Positions 17,263 through 29,151 of a stretch of 34,184 nt of DNA are shown piece by piece. The translations under genes were made by a program, and so were the position numbers. The stretch comes from an uncultured Dehalococcoidia bacterium. GTDB taxonomy: Bacteria; Chloroflexota; Dehalococcoidia; Lucifugimonadales; UBA2985. Below the pieces are notes generated by a model that saw only the letters and a program-made list of their open reading frames with translations, had not been told where the DNA came from and did no database searches. How positions within the stretch are numbered: position 1 is the first letter of the stretch; every line of letters starts with the position of its first letter. The DNA lies in NCBI GenBank assembly GCA_964576965.1, contig CAZNWQ010000002.1:1775-35958 (forward strand), read 5' to 3'.

Positions 17263-17559
17263 ATGACCATCCCAAAAATTAGCAAGGAAGAAGTTCAAAA
17301 CATAGCTTTAGTATATAGACTAGGGCTATCGCCTGAAGACGTAAGTCGCCTAAGTTCTGAGCTTTCAAACATTTTAGATCAGTTTAGAGTTCTGGACAAT
17401 GTTGACACGAGTGACGTTAATCCCACCGGGCACTCCGTTTCGGCAAATGGAGTAATGAGAGAAGACGAACCTTCCCAATCTTTGCCTGTAAACAAAATTC
17501 TCCAGAACGCACCTTCTGTAGAAAATGGTTACTTCAAGGTAAGGCCGGTGCTGGAATAA
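17263..17559 (+). CDS. gatC: Asp-tRNA(Asn)/Glu-tRNA(Gln) amidotransferase subunit C
   Basis: A 98-aa ORF immediately upstream of gatA, overlapping it by 1 nt (TAATG). GatC-like [14 protein letters not shown]...[12 protein letters not shown] and a C-terminal FKVRPVLE. Confidence 0.88.
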   Translation: MTIPKISKEEVQNIALVYRLGLSPEDVSRLSSELSNILDQFRVLDNVDTSDVNPTGHSVSANGVMREDEPSQSLPVNKILQNAPSVENGYFKVRPVLE

Positions 17560-19019
17560 TGACCACACCGTTATATGAATTGACCATTCACGAGGCGAAA
17601 GAACTGCTAGACAATCAAATGGTTTCTTTCGAGGATTTGACTAGCACCATACTAGATCGCATCAAACAAGTAGAACCATCAGTCAAATCTTTCGTTACCG
17701 TTACAGGGGATATGGCCCTAGAGGAGGCAAAAAGTTTTGACCAAAACCCAGGAGGCTCCCCATCCAGTGGCCTCCAGGGAATACCTTTCCAGCTAAAAGA
17801 TAATATTTGCACTCAGGATATTCTCACTACGTGTTCTTCCCATATGCTCAGTGAATTTATCCCTCCCTACAATGCCACAGTTGTTGAGAAACTGAAACAA
17901 TCAGGAGGCATAATCGTGGGGAAAGGTAATATGGATGAATTCGCCATGGGATCCTCAACAGAAAATTCTGCTTTTCATCCCACGCATAACCCGTGGGATT
18001 TAAAACGAGTACCTGGAGGTAGTAGTGGTGGGCCTGCCGCTGCAGTAGCATCTGGGGAATGTTTCTATTCCCTAGGCTCCGATACTGGAGGAAGTATACG
18101 ACAGCCAGCCAGTCTTTGTGGTGTTGTCGGGCTTAAGCCTACCTATGGCTTGGTTAGCCGATACGGGCTGGTGGCTTTTGCAAGTTCACTAGATCAAATA
18201 GGCCCTATAACCAAGGACGTACGAGATTGCTCTATTGTACTCGACACCATAGTCGGCCATGACCCAATGGATTCTACATCTATAGAAAGAGTAAGCGATT
18301 GCTATTCCAAATCCCTTACAGGAGACATCAAAGGACTTAAGATAGGTGTTCCAAAGGAGTACTTTGATGTCGGTGTTGACAGCGATATTCTCGACTGCAT
18401 AAAAGAGTCTCTCCTTGTTTTCGAAAAACTTGGTGCAACCGTGTCAGAAATTTCTTTGCCCTTAACCAAATATGCCCTGGCTGTATACTATATATTGGCC
18501 CCTTCTGAAGCTTCGGCTAATCTATCTAGGTACGATGGAGTCAAATATGGATATTCCTACAGGGATGCGGATTCCATCTGGGACGCGATGGAGAAAACCA
18601 GGCAAAACGGGTTTGGGTCCGAGGTAAGCAGAAGAATCATGCTTGGAACATACGCTCTTTCAGCCGGTTACTACGATGCTTATTATGTTAAGGCACAAAA
18701 GGTTAGGACTATGATAAGAGATGAGTTTTCGAGTGTTTTTAATGATTACGACGTTTTAATTACTCCCACCTCTCCATCAACAGCTTTTTTAATAGGTGAA
18801 AAAACAGAAGACCCCCTGCAAATGTACCTTAATGATATTTGTACGATCCCTGCTAACATAGCCGGCATACCTGCCATATCGATACCAGCAGGATTCTCCA
18901 ATGGATTACCTATAGGTATGCAGATAATGGGAAGTTACTTTTCTGAAAATACCATCCTGAATGCCGCCTATGCTTTTGAACAGGCAACAGACTGGCATAA
19001 AATGAGGCCCTCACTATGA
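17559..19019 (+). CDS. gatA: Glu-tRNA(Gln)/Asp-tRNA(Asn) amidotransferase subunit A (amidase signature family)
   Basis: 486 aa with the amidase signature [14 protein letters not shown]...[25 protein letters not shown], plus KDNICT and [10 protein letters not shown]. Confidence 0.93.
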   Translation: MTTPLYELTIHEAKELLDNQMVSFEDLTSTILDRIKQVEPSVKSFVTVTGDMALEEAKSFDQNPGGSPSSGLQGIPFQLKDNICTQDILTTCSSHMLSEFIPPYNATVVEKLKQSGGIIVGKGNMDEFAMGSSTENSAFHPTHNPWDLKRVPGGSSGGPAAAVASGECFYSLGSDTGGSIRQPASLCGVVGLKPTYGLVSRYGLVAFASSLDQIGPITKDVRDCSIVLDTIVGHDPMDSTSIERVSDCYSKSLTGDIKGLKIGVPKEYFDVGVDSDILDCIKESLLVFEKLGATVSEISLPLTKYALAVYYILAPSEASANLSRYDGVKYGYSYRDADSIWDAMEKTRQNGFGSEVSRRIMLGTYALSAGYYDAYYVKAQKVRTMIRDEFSSVFNDYDVLITPTSPSTAFLIGEKTEDPLQMYLNDICTIPANIAGIPAISIPAGFSNGLPIGMQIMGSYFSENTILNAAYAFEQATDWHKMRPSL

Positions 19020-19498
19020 AAGATATAATAGCAATACTGGAAAACAACGCCAAGGCCACTGCCAAGGAAATCGCCGCGTTAACAGGGCGATCAACAAAGG
19101 AGGTTGAGGAGCTAATAGACCAGGCCGAAAAGCAAAAGATCATTTTGGGATACAAGACGGTAATAAACCGAGATCTTCTCTACAATGGTGAAGAGGTTTT
19201 AGCTTTTGTCGAGGTACGAATGACTCCTCAGCACGATGTGGGCTTCGACGGCATTGCTCAAAGAATTGCCCGGTTCCCTGAAGTCCGCTCTCTACAACTG
19301 ATGTCTGGAGATTATGACTTGGCTGTGTTAATTTCAGGAAACACAATGCAGCAAGTTGCAAGTTTTGTAGCGATGAAGCTTGCTGCTCTTCAAGAAGTGA
19401 ATGCGACCACTACTCATTTTTTGTTAAAACGGTACAAAGAAGACGGCATTATCTTGAATCAAGACGAAGGAACAAGGCGCCTTCCTCTTTCTCCATAG
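19016..19498 (+). CDS. Lrp/AsnC-family transcriptional regulator
   Basis: 160 aa. The N-terminal HTH is [28 protein letters not shown], and the C-terminal part is RAM-like (AFVEVRM...YDLAVLISG). Its ATG overlaps the gatA TGA (ATGA). Confidence 0.8.
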   Translation: MKDIIAILENNAKATAKEIAALTGRSTKEVEELIDQAEKQKIILGYKTVINRDLLYNGEEVLAFVEVRMTPQHDVGFDGIAQRIARFPEVRSLQLMSGDYDLAVLISGNTMQQVASFVAMKLAALQEVNATTTHFLLKRYKEDGIILNQDEGTRRLPLSP

Positions 19499-19510
19499 GG
19501 ATACGTTTAC

Positions 19511-20698
19511 ATGAACGATAAAAAGGCAAAGTCGACAGCTTCTAGAATTTTATCTGAACGCGTGCAAAATCTTTCTCCTTCTGGGATAAGGAAATTTTTT
19601 GATATTATCGCTTCTATGGATGATGTGATTTCTCTTGGCGTGGGCGAACCTGACTTTGTAACACCTTGGCACATAAGAGAAGCAGCGATAACTTCCTTAG
19701 AAAGTGGCCACACGATGTACACTTCCAATTTCGGCCTAATGGAACTCAGGTTGGAAATAGCTGCACACATCAGAAAACTCTATGAGGTCAATTATGACCC
19801 TTCAACCGAAATCCTTGTAACCGTAGGGGTAAGTGAGGCTTTAGACCTTGTCATGAGATCGATTTTGGATCCCGGTGATGAGGTGATAGTTCCAGAACCA
19901 ACTTACGTTTCATACGTTCCTTGTATAGCCCTAGCGGGTGGCATTCCGGTAGATGTACCGACCACAATGGAAAATTCGTTCCAAGTAACTGCGGCAGACA
20001 TTGAATCACGAATAACCCCTAGAACGAAAGCCATACTCCTCGGCTACCCCAACAATCCAACTGGAGCAGTAATGACACGAGATGCAATGCTGGAGATTTC
20101 CAACCTAGCCATTAAGTACGATTTAACAGTGATTTCTGATGAGGTTTATGACCGCCTAGTGTATGGAGTTGAACACACATGCTTTCCGTCCTTGCCACAA
20201 ATGAAACATAAATCAGTACTTCTGGGAGGTTTCTCTAAGGCATATGCCATGACTGGTTGGCGCATTGGTTATGCGTGTGCTAATGCCGACATAATCGAAG
20301 CCATGATGAAAATTCATCAGTACACTATGCTTTGCGCCCCTATCCAAGGACAGATGGCAGCCTTAGAAGCACTACGGTTCGGAGAAACTGAAGTGGAAAA
20401 TATGCGCCTCGAATATGACAGGCGAAGACGACTAATGGTTAATGGTCTCCTCTCAATAGGCTTGGATTGCGTTGATCCGCTAGGAGCTTTCTACACTTTT
20501 CCTTCCATAAGAAGCACTGGCTTAACATCCGAAGAATTTGCGGAGCAACTGTTGCTAGAAGAGAAAGTGGCCGTAGTTCCCGGATCGGCTTTCGGGGAAA
20601 GTGGCGAAGGGCACGTCCGTTGCTGCTATGCTGTTTCTCAGAAAGAAATAGAAGGTGCTTTAGAGAGAATCGAGCGTTTCATAAAAAAATTCAAGTGA
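19511..20698 (+). CDS. Pyridoxal-phosphate-dependent aminotransferase, class I (aspartate/alanine aminotransferase-like)
   Basis: 395 aa with GVGEPDF, YPNNPTGAVM, the PLP-lysine motif GGFSKAYAMTGWRIGY and VRCCYA near the C-terminus. Confidence 0.88.
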   Translation: MNDKKAKSTASRILSERVQNLSPSGIRKFFDIIASMDDVISLGVGEPDFVTPWHIREAAITSLESGHTMYTSNFGLMELRLEIAAHIRKLYEVNYDPSTEILVTVGVSEALDLVMRSILDPGDEVIVPEPTYVSYVPCIALAGGIPVDVPTTMENSFQVTAADIESRITPRTKAILLGYPNNPTGAVMTRDAMLEISNLAIKYDLTVISDEVYDRLVYGVEHTCFPSLPQMKHKSVLLGGFSKAYAMTGWRIGYACANADIIEAMMKIHQYTMLCAPIQGQMAALEALRFGETEVENMRLEYDRRRRLMVNGLLSIGLDCVDPLGAFYTFPSIRSTGLTSEEFAEQLLLEEKVAVVPGSAFGESGEGHVRCCYAVSQKEIEGALERIERFIKKFK

Positions 20699-20718
20699 TG
20701 ATACTTGTCAGTAGCATT

Positions 20719-21513
20719 TCACCCGTCAAGGAAATCCTTAATAGCCTCAGATGCCTCCTTGAACTGTGTTCTCATAAAAAGATGGCCTGTTCCTTTTATG
20801 ACAACCAGCTTGGCGTTTTTTATACGTGAAACCATTGAGTTGGCAAATCTCATTGGGGTCATGATGTCTTCATCTCCGAAAACCAATAGAGTCGGAGATT
20901 TTATCAAGTGCAACCTGTCCCTTGAATTAAATGCTATAGTTGCTTCCATTTGTCTAGTGAAAGCGTCATTCTCCTGATATAGAGGGTCGCTAACCACTTC
21001 GGCAATTACTTCTTCGACAAAACCGGGCCTTTCGTATTCTTCATATGTATACCCCCACGGTAGAGTCAATCTTAAGTAATCTTCTCTATTTAAGTCACGT
21101 CTTAGTGAAGCGAATCCCCTGAAAAGATCCTGTGCCCGATTGTCGGTACTATCATATGTTGCTAACAAGATCAATTTATCAACTAGTTGTGGCTGGTTAA
21201 TAGCCAATTCTTGGGCTATAGCCCCACCCATGGAATATCCGATAACATGTGCTTTGTCGACGGCAAGTCTCTCTAGTAAATCCACTACATCATTGGCCAT
21301 ATCCTTAATATAATACTGTTGGCCTCCTCTCTCACTATGACCGCTGTCTCTGTTGTCCAATGACACGACCCTATATTGACACTGCAGCATTAACCTTAAC
21401 GCCTGCCAGTGCCTCAGATCTCCCCCCAAGCCGTTTATTAAGACAATCGCCGGCGCATTTTCATTGCCTTCCACAACGTAATGGATTGCTGGTTGTCTAA
21501 CCGGCTTCGTCAT
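20719..21513 (-). CDS. Alpha/beta-fold hydrolase
   Basis: LINGLGGD (oxyanion region), the nucleophile elbow GYSMGG, and a late GTGHLF His. I placed the start at ATG 21513 (MTKPV...), which forms an ATGA overlap with the upstream IMPase stop. The longest ORF starts at GTG 21528. Confidence 0.8.
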   Translation of the reverse strand: MTKPVRQPAIHYVVEGNENAPAIVLINGLGGDLRHWQALRLMLQCQYRVVSLDNRDSGHSERGGQQYYIKDMANDVVDLLERLAVDKAHVIGYSMGGAIAQELAINQPQLVDKLILLATYDSTDNRAQDLFRGFASLRRDLNREDYLRLTLPWGYTYEEYERPGFVEEVIAEVVSDPLYQENDAFTRQMEATIAFNSRDRLHLIKSPTLLVFGDEDIMTPMRFANSMVSRIKNAKLVVIKGTGHLFMRTQFKEASEAIKDFLDG

Positions 21514-22319
21514 TGAGTGACCCTCCACGCAGTTTCTTGAGTTTTACTAAGAAAATCACTGTGCAGACTAGGATTCGCTGCGATAATACTTGTAGATGAA
21601 AGAGATGCTGTCTGACCTTGTCTATCAGAAGTCACGCCTTTAGCCTCACTTACAATAACTAGGGCAGCCGCCAAATCCCATTGTGATAAATGGTGATGAA
21701 AGTACAAATCTGTTCTACCGCAAGCCGCATAAGCCAAGCCCAGTGCTGCAGAGCCCATCATTCTTGTCGACCTTATGCTGGACCACAACTGCAAAATCAT
21801 TTCAATTGCGGTTCTAGCTTTTTCATCTGAATAACCGAGGTCATATCCTATAAGGGCGTTTTTCAGCTTTTTCTTACTTGATACCTCGATGAGTGTTTGG
21901 TTCAGATAGGCCTGTTTGTTTTTTACAGCATGGAACAGTTCATTTCTCATCGGGTCGAATGTTATTCCCAGTACTACTTCATTACCTGCCATTAGTGCAA
22001 GATTGACAGCAAAAAAAGGTATGCCGTTTACATAGTTGCTGGTTCCGTCTAAGGGGTCTATTATCCATGTCATGTCTGTTTGTGCTGTTATGGGATCTGA
22101 CTCTTCCGCCACAATGCCACATCCAGGAAAGGCATTGCACAGAGATTTTATTATTTGTTCTTCAACAAGCTTATCAACGTCCGTAACTAAATCGTTTCTT
22201 CCTTTGTATGAAACTTGTTTTTTACCATTAAACCTGTCCACCAATAATTTTCCAGCGTCTTTAACTATTTGAATAGCAGAAGATGTAACATTCTCAAAAT
22301 CGCTGTTCTTGGTATTCAT
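21510..22319 (-). CDS. Inositol monophosphatase family protein (SuhB/HisN-like)
   Basis: 269 aa with the metal-binding motifs VAEESD and WIIDPLDGTSNY, plus WDLAAALVIV. Confidence 0.85.
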   Translation of the reverse strand: MNTKNSDFENVTSSAIQIVKDAGKLLVDRFNGKKQVSYKGRNDLVTDVDKLVEEQIIKSLCNAFPGCGIVAEESDPITAQTDMTWIIDPLDGTSNYVNGIPFFAVNLALMAGNEVVLGITFDPMRNELFHAVKNKQAYLNQTLIEVSSKKKLKNALIGYDLGYSDEKARTAIEMILQLWSSIRSTRMMGSAALGLAYAACGRTDLYFHHHLSQWDLAAALVIVSEAKGVTSDRQGQTASLSSTSIIAANPSLHSDFLSKTQETAWRVTQ

Positions 22320-22343
22320 CGTTTAGGCAACCTCTTCAGAATA

Positions 22344-23351
22344 TTAGATTGATTGTGAGATGCCCATACGCTCTCGAACTTCAGACAGAGTCTGCTGCGC
22401 TATTGACCTAGCCCGTTCTGCTCCTTCGGCGAGAACTTCCGACACATATTTGGGATTGCTAGCCAATTCCTCACGTTTTTCTCGGAATTCCCGAAGCATC
22501 TCATTAATGCCGGTTGATAGAATCTCTTTGTCTTCTACACATCCTATGTCAGCAGCTACGCACCTAGAGTAAATGGCGTCCAGTTTTTCAGGATTGAAGT
22601 ATTTGTGAAGAGAATACACGTTGCATATCAATGGATTACCCGGGTCTTCTTTTTTTAATCTCTGTGGATCTGTGAAAGCTCCCCGAACTCTTTTGTGCGT
22701 CTCTTCTGGGGATATAGCCAATTCGATGTGATTATCTAAACTTTTACTCATTTTCTGTTTTCCGTCTAACCCTCTGATGAGCGGATGCTCCGTCAATCTA
22801 GATTGTGGCTCAGGAAAAGTCTTTCCATATAAATTGTTAAACCTTCTGACAATCTCCCGGGCCAATTCTATATGCGGCAATTGATCTTCTCCCACCGGAA
22901 CGGTGTTTGCTTTGTATAGTATTATGTCTGCTGTCATAAGAACCGGATATCCAACAAGGCCGTAGCTAACGCTTTCTTCTGTTTCTTCCATTTGCCGTAT
23001 CTTATCTTTAAATGTAGGAACTCTCATCAACCACCCAAGAGGCGTTACCATGCTAAGCAGTGAGTGCAGAATCATTACCTCTGGAACGTGTGATTGAACA
23101 AAAACCAAACTCTTTTCTGGATTTATTCCCGCTGCCAGCCAATCTAAAACCATCTCATGTATATTTGGCTTAATGTCTTTCGTGGAATCTCCTTGCATGT
23201 CTGTTAAGGCATGGACGTCGACGGCACAATATATACACTGGAATTCTTGCTGCAAAACCACCCAGTTTTTCAAAGCTCCCAAATAGTTGCCCAAATGTAG
23301 CCTGCCTGATGGTCTCATTCCTGAGAAAACTCTATTTTCTTTATCTGTCAT
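22344..23351 (-). CDS. trpS: Tryptophan--tRNA ligase
   Basis: 335 aa with GMRPSGRLHLGNYLGA (HIGH-type), KMSKS and GEDQLPHIELAREI. Confidence 0.93.
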   Translation of the reverse strand: MTDKENRVFSGMRPSGRLHLGNYLGALKNWVVLQQEFQCIYCAVDVHALTDMQGDSTKDIKPNIHEMVLDWLAAGINPEKSLVFVQSHVPEVMILHSLLSMVTPLGWLMRVPTFKDKIRQMEETEESVSYGLVGYPVLMTADIILYKANTVPVGEDQLPHIELAREIVRRFNNLYGKTFPEPQSRLTEHPLIRGLDGKQKMSKSLDNHIELAISPEETHKRVRGAFTDPQRLKKEDPGNPLICNVYSLHKYFNPEKLDAIYSRCVAADIGCVEDKEILSTGINEMLREFREKREELASNPKYVSEVLAEGAERARSIAQQTLSEVRERMGISQSI

Positions 23352-23667
23352 ATTGCCTCAAGTCGGAAGTCTAACATAGAACTCCGTTTTGAGAAAAGTG
23401 CCTGGCGTTAGACCTCTTGCTTACAATACATTATTTACGCCTGTCAGCTTTGACAGTTAGATGGGATTGTGTTACTATTTTCATGCTTAAATGAGCTTCG
23501 TTTGGCCGTAGGCCCTACAAGCCACAATAATAAAGAGGGGGTACTCTCTTACTGATAAATTTGTATCGTCACTTCACTCGGCAACCGCTAATTGCTTGAT
23601 TGCCGGTTCATTACGACCTGGCTGGGGCATTGTTCCCTTGTCAGCACAAATATAAAGGTGCAGATAG

Positions 23668-25623
<1,956 letters not shown>

Positions 25624-25646
25624 TTCAGCGCCCGTAGTCTCGGTGC

Positions 25647-26390
25647 TTACTTAAAACCGACTAATTTAGCCGTAACTATCAGTCTATGGTCATAGATATA
25701 AGATGGCACACATGCCACTAGTTCAATCAGTGCGCTATTTGAATCTTCTATTTTGAACTCTTCCTGAGGTATGACTCTTGTCTTGTTAACTTGATAAAGG
25801 TATGTTTTTTCACCTTCGTCTTTCACATACACATATACGTCTTTCCCTTGACGGAGAATGTCCGGTATTTTTGTTAGGTTTCGGAATACAGATCCTTCGC
25901 CTCTAATCGGGCTGTTCAGGTGTCCAAACAGGTATGCTATGCCTTCTTGCCCCGGGTTCGCAGTGGTTGGAATATGTCCGACGACATTTCTTGGTGTTTC
26001 CCATCCCCGTGCGTTTCCGTAGTTTTGAATAGTCAGGGACTTAATTTCTGAAGAAAGTTCTATCGCTGGTATTTCTATTGACCTAGGTGGCTCCGCCTGA
26101 GTTGTCGTTTCACTGTTTTCATATCGGAATTGCTTCGTCGGATCCACTCTCTTTTCCCTAATGTCGGTTATCCGCGGATTGTCCCAATCCAAAGGGTCTA
26201 TCAGATTTCCTGGATACAATGCTTCATGCGTTGTAATTTCTTTTTCAAGTCCTTGGGTTTCGTATTCCATTTTGCTTAATTGGGCATGAGAAACCATTTT
26301 GTAAGCCTGGAATGAAAGGGAGGCTATCAGCAATATGACCCCTGTGCATAAAACAACAATCGGTATTATATGAGTTTTTCTGCTTTTCAT
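25647..26390 (-). CDS. Sortase-family transpeptidase with an N-terminal membrane anchor
   Basis: 247 aa with an N-terminal TM (IIPIVVLCTGVILLIASLSF), the catalytic His context YLFGHLNS, the Cys context LIELVACVP (TLxTC-like) and a downstream Arg (DHRLIVTAKL). Confidence 0.7.
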   Translation of the reverse strand: MKSRKTHIIPIVVLCTGVILLIASLSFQAYKMVSHAQLSKMEYETQGLEKEITTHEALYPGNLIDPLDWDNPRITDIREKRVDPTKQFRYENSETTTQAEPPRSIEIPAIELSSEIKSLTIQNYGNARGWETPRNVVGHIPTTANPGQEGIAYLFGHLNSPIRGEGSVFRNLTKIPDILRQGKDVYVYVKDEGEKTYLYQVNKTRVIPQEEFKIEDSNSALIELVACVPSYIYDHRLIVTAKLVGFK

Positions 26391-26486
26391 AATAAAAGCT
26401 TGCTTGCTTAAGTTGGTGGCGCCAGAGAAACACTCAAGGTTAATTTGGTTGGCTTTTGCCCACAGAAACTGTCTTTCGGTCAGTGT

Positions 26487-27944
26487 TTAGGAATTTCGTG
26501 ATTCTGCTTCTTCCAGTGCTCGTAAGGCTGCCCTAGCTTTGTGCAGGGTTTCTTGATATTCGGATTCTGGGATACTGTCCGCCACAATGCCTCCTCCTGC
26601 TTGTATATACGCCGTACCATCTTTTATAACCATAGTTCTAATTGTAATGGCAGTATCCATTGCTCCATCAAAACCAAAATAGCCAACGGCACCTCCATAA
26701 GGCCCCCTTCTTTCTCCTTCAAGCTCCGATAGTATCTCGATGGCTCTGATTTTCGGCGCTCCTGACAAAGTTCCTGCAGGAAGACAGGACCTTAAAGCGT
26801 CATATGCGTCTTTACCTTGCCTTAACTTTCCCCTAATTTCAGATTCTAAATGCATTACATTAGAATATTTGACTACCCTCATCAGATCTGTAACCTCTAC
26901 CGATCCTGCTTCTGCCACTCGTCCCACATCGTTTCTCCCAAGATCAACTAACATTATGTGCTCGGCTCTTTCTTTTTCGTCTGCCTTAAGCTCCTCCGCC
27001 AAGGCATCATCTTCTGCGGGAGTTGCCCCCCTTGGCCTAGTGCCTGCCAAGGGGAAATTATAAACTATTCCGTCTTCGACCCTCACCAAAAGTTCTGGCG
27101 AGGCTCCGACAATGTGGAATCCGCCTAGCTCAAGAAAGTACATGTATGGTGAGGGATTAAGGGTTCTAAGCGCCCTGTATATATCAAAGGGTTCTGCGTC
27201 TGTTTTTTTTGAAAGACGCTGAGATAATACTGCCTGAATAATATCTCCCGCGTAGATATACTCTTTGACTTTCTTCACTTTTTCTTTAAATTCTTCCTCC
27301 GTTACGTTTGAAGCAATTTCTTTTATGCCGGCTGCCTCATGGTTTCGTTCAGTCTTGTCTAAGAGAAGCGGTTTCTGCAGTCTTTTAACAAGAGTTTCTA
27401 TTCGTTCGGTCGCCTTGTGATAGGCGTCATCCATTGTTGATCCGTCTAAATGTATGTGGGTTACTACTTTGATTTTGTGCCTTACGTGATCGAAAACCAA
27501 AAGGGTGTCTACGAACATAAATTGGGATTCTGGCAGTTCAAATGGATCGTCAACAGGGATTGGAACTTTTTCGAAATATTTAACCGTGTCGTAGGCAAGA
27601 TACCCTACTGCTCCTCCTTGGAATCGAGGAAGCCCAGGAACTTCGACTGGCATGTATTGGCCTAGTGTGGTTTTTATGACATCTAGAGGGTCAACCTCTC
27701 CTTGTTCTTGCCCGGGTCCGGTTTTGACAACCCGGAAAGGCTCTGTTCCTATAAAGCTGTACCTTGCCACTCTTTCTCCGCCTTCAACACTCTCCAATAG
27801 AAAGGAATAGGAACCCGTGGCTATTTTTAAGTAGGCAGAAACGGGGGTTTCCAGGTCGGCATTTATCTCCGTGTACAAAGGTATCAGGTTTCCCTTTTGG
27901 GCCAGCGTGTTCGCCTCTTCTATTGTGGGATGGTAGATGTTCAT
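26487..27944 (-). CDS. trpE: Anthranilate synthase component I
   Basis: 485 aa with the LLESVEGGERVARYSFIG (Trp-feedback LLES) motif, SPYMYF, GTLSGAPKIRA and GGGIVADS. Confidence 0.88.
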   Translation of the reverse strand: MNIYHPTIEEANTLAQKGNLIPLYTEINADLETPVSAYLKIATGSYSFLLESVEGGERVARYSFIGTEPFRVVKTGPGQEQGEVDPLDVIKTTLGQYMPVEVPGLPRFQGGAVGYLAYDTVKYFEKVPIPVDDPFELPESQFMFVDTLLVFDHVRHKIKVVTHIHLDGSTMDDAYHKATERIETLVKRLQKPLLLDKTERNHEAAGIKEIASNVTEEEFKEKVKKVKEYIYAGDIIQAVLSQRLSKKTDAEPFDIYRALRTLNPSPYMYFLELGGFHIVGASPELLVRVEDGIVYNFPLAGTRPRGATPAEDDALAEELKADEKERAEHIMLVDLGRNDVGRVAEAGSVEVTDLMRVVKYSNVMHLESEIRGKLRQGKDAYDALRSCLPAGTLSGAPKIRAIEILSELEGERRGPYGGAVGYFGFDGAMDTAITIRTMVIKDGTAYIQAGGGIVADSIPESEYQETLHKARAALRALEEAESRNS

Positions 27945-27956
27945 AGTCTTTCTTTC

Positions 27957-28547
27957 TTATCCGCCGTTACCGCCCGAAACGCGGATTACTCCTGTTTCGT
28001 CTGGTTCCAATACAGAAACAAAGGAATATCCTCTTGCCTCTATCTTTTCTCTCCCTCCCTGCTTCCTGTCTAAGACAACCATTACTTTTTCTATTTTACA
28101 CCCGATGCTCTCAACTGCGTCTATAGCAATAAATAAGGAACCCCCAGAAGTGCACACATCGTCAATTATCATCACATGGCTGCCCGGTTTCAAGTTTCCT
28201 TCTATTTGTCTTTCAGTGCCATGATCTTTTGCCGTAGGTCTTACAAAAAACGCTTCAATTGGGTTTTCTTCGATGTGGCTTGTTAGGGTAACTGCGGACA
28301 CTATTGGGATAGCAGCTACTGCCGGCCCCCCTACTGCCGATATGCTGGTCCCGCGAATAGCATTCAGAAACGTTTTGCCCAGCAAATAACTCCCTTCGGG
28401 GTGAAGACTAATCAATCTTCCGTCAAAGTAATAGTTACTTTTTGCTCCAGACGACAGAAGAAATTCTCCATATTGTAGCGCGCGGAGTTTTCCTGCCAGG
28501 TTCAGTATTTGGTTGGCTATTTCTGAGTCCATTGTTTCACTCTCCAT
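27957..28547 (-). CDS. pyrE: Orotate phosphoribosyltransferase
   Basis: YGEFLLSSGAKSNYYFDGR and the PRPP loop VMIIDDVCTSGGS. An alternative start at ATG 28532 has GGAGAG 7 nt upstream. The longest ORF overlaps the nadD stop by 11 nt. Confidence 0.85.
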   Translation of the reverse strand: MESETMDSEIANQILNLAGKLRALQYGEFLLSSGAKSNYYFDGRLISLHPEGSYLLGKTFLNAIRGTSISAVGGPAVAAIPIVSAVTLTSHIEENPIEAFFVRPTAKDHGTERQIEGNLKPGSHVMIIDDVCTSGGSLFIAIDAVESIGCKIEKVMVVLDRKQGGREKIEARGYSFVSVLEPDETGVIRVSGGNGG

Positions 28548-29151
28548 ACAAGTTGTTCTCGTATATGTATCTCTCTACTTCGTCTGGAACCCAGTAGGTT
28601 ATTGGCTTGTGGTCGAAAACACGTTTCCTGATTTCTGTCCCGCTAATCCCTATTCTTAACCCATTTAAGAACGTTATGTCTTTTGATGCTCCCGGCTTGA
28701 TTTTCTCTATGGATTCCGGGTTAATTCCTAAATAAGCAGGCCTAGCTATAACCACGAGATCGCATAAGTCAAACAGTCGTGCGGGCTGATGCCATCGATG
28801 TAGAGTCTCCAGAGAATCCATTCCTACTATAAACGACGGCTTTCCCTGATACCCCGATTGATTTAATTGCTGCAATGTTTCTACGGTATACGACGGACCA
28901 GGCCTATCTATTTCTATAGAACATGCTTTAAATCTACTGTTCTTTCCTATGGCTAAGTCGAGCATTTCTAATCGGGTTTTTGCCGGAGAAACGTTGGTTC
29001 CTTCCTTGAGCCAAGGTTCTCCTGTAGGAATAAACCAAATTTGTTCCAGTCCTAATGTCGACGCTGCTTCTTGGGCCACCAATAAATGGCCGGTATGTAT
29101 GGGATCGAAGGTTCCTCCAAAAATCCCGATTTTATCCATGCTTTTGTTCAT
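28537..29151 (-). CDS. nadD: Nicotinate-nucleotide adenylyltransferase
   Basis: GIFGGTFDPIHTGHL and ISGTEIRKRV. I placed the start at ATG 29151 (MNKSMDKIGIF), which forms an ATGA overlap with the obg stop. The longest ORF starts at TTG 29169. Confidence 0.88.
   Translation of the reverse strand: MNKSMDKIGIFGGTFDPIHTGHLLVAQEAASTLGLEQIWFIPTGEPWLKEGTNVSPAKTRLEMLDLAIGKNSRFKACSIEIDRPGPSYTVETLQQLNQSGYQGKPSFIVGMDSLETLHRWHQPARLFDLCDLVVIARPAYLGINPESIEKIKPGASKDITFLNGLRIGISGTEIRKRVFDHKPITYWVPDEVERYIYENNLYGE

Noticed and set aside
23352-23480. A possible Trp-specific T-box or attenuator leader upstream of trpS.
   Set aside because: I could not find the conserved T-box sequence (..GGGTGGTACCGCG-like), a specifier-loop context with UGG, or a terminator/antiterminator pair. 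The only Trp-containing mini-ORF (MSFVWP) is on the wrong strand.
25628-25646. A hairpin AGCGCC-N9-GGTGCT between gyrB and the sortase gene, considered as a bidirectional terminator.
   Set aside because: The stem is only 6 bp including a G-T wobble, the loop is 9 nt, and there is no U-tract on either strand.
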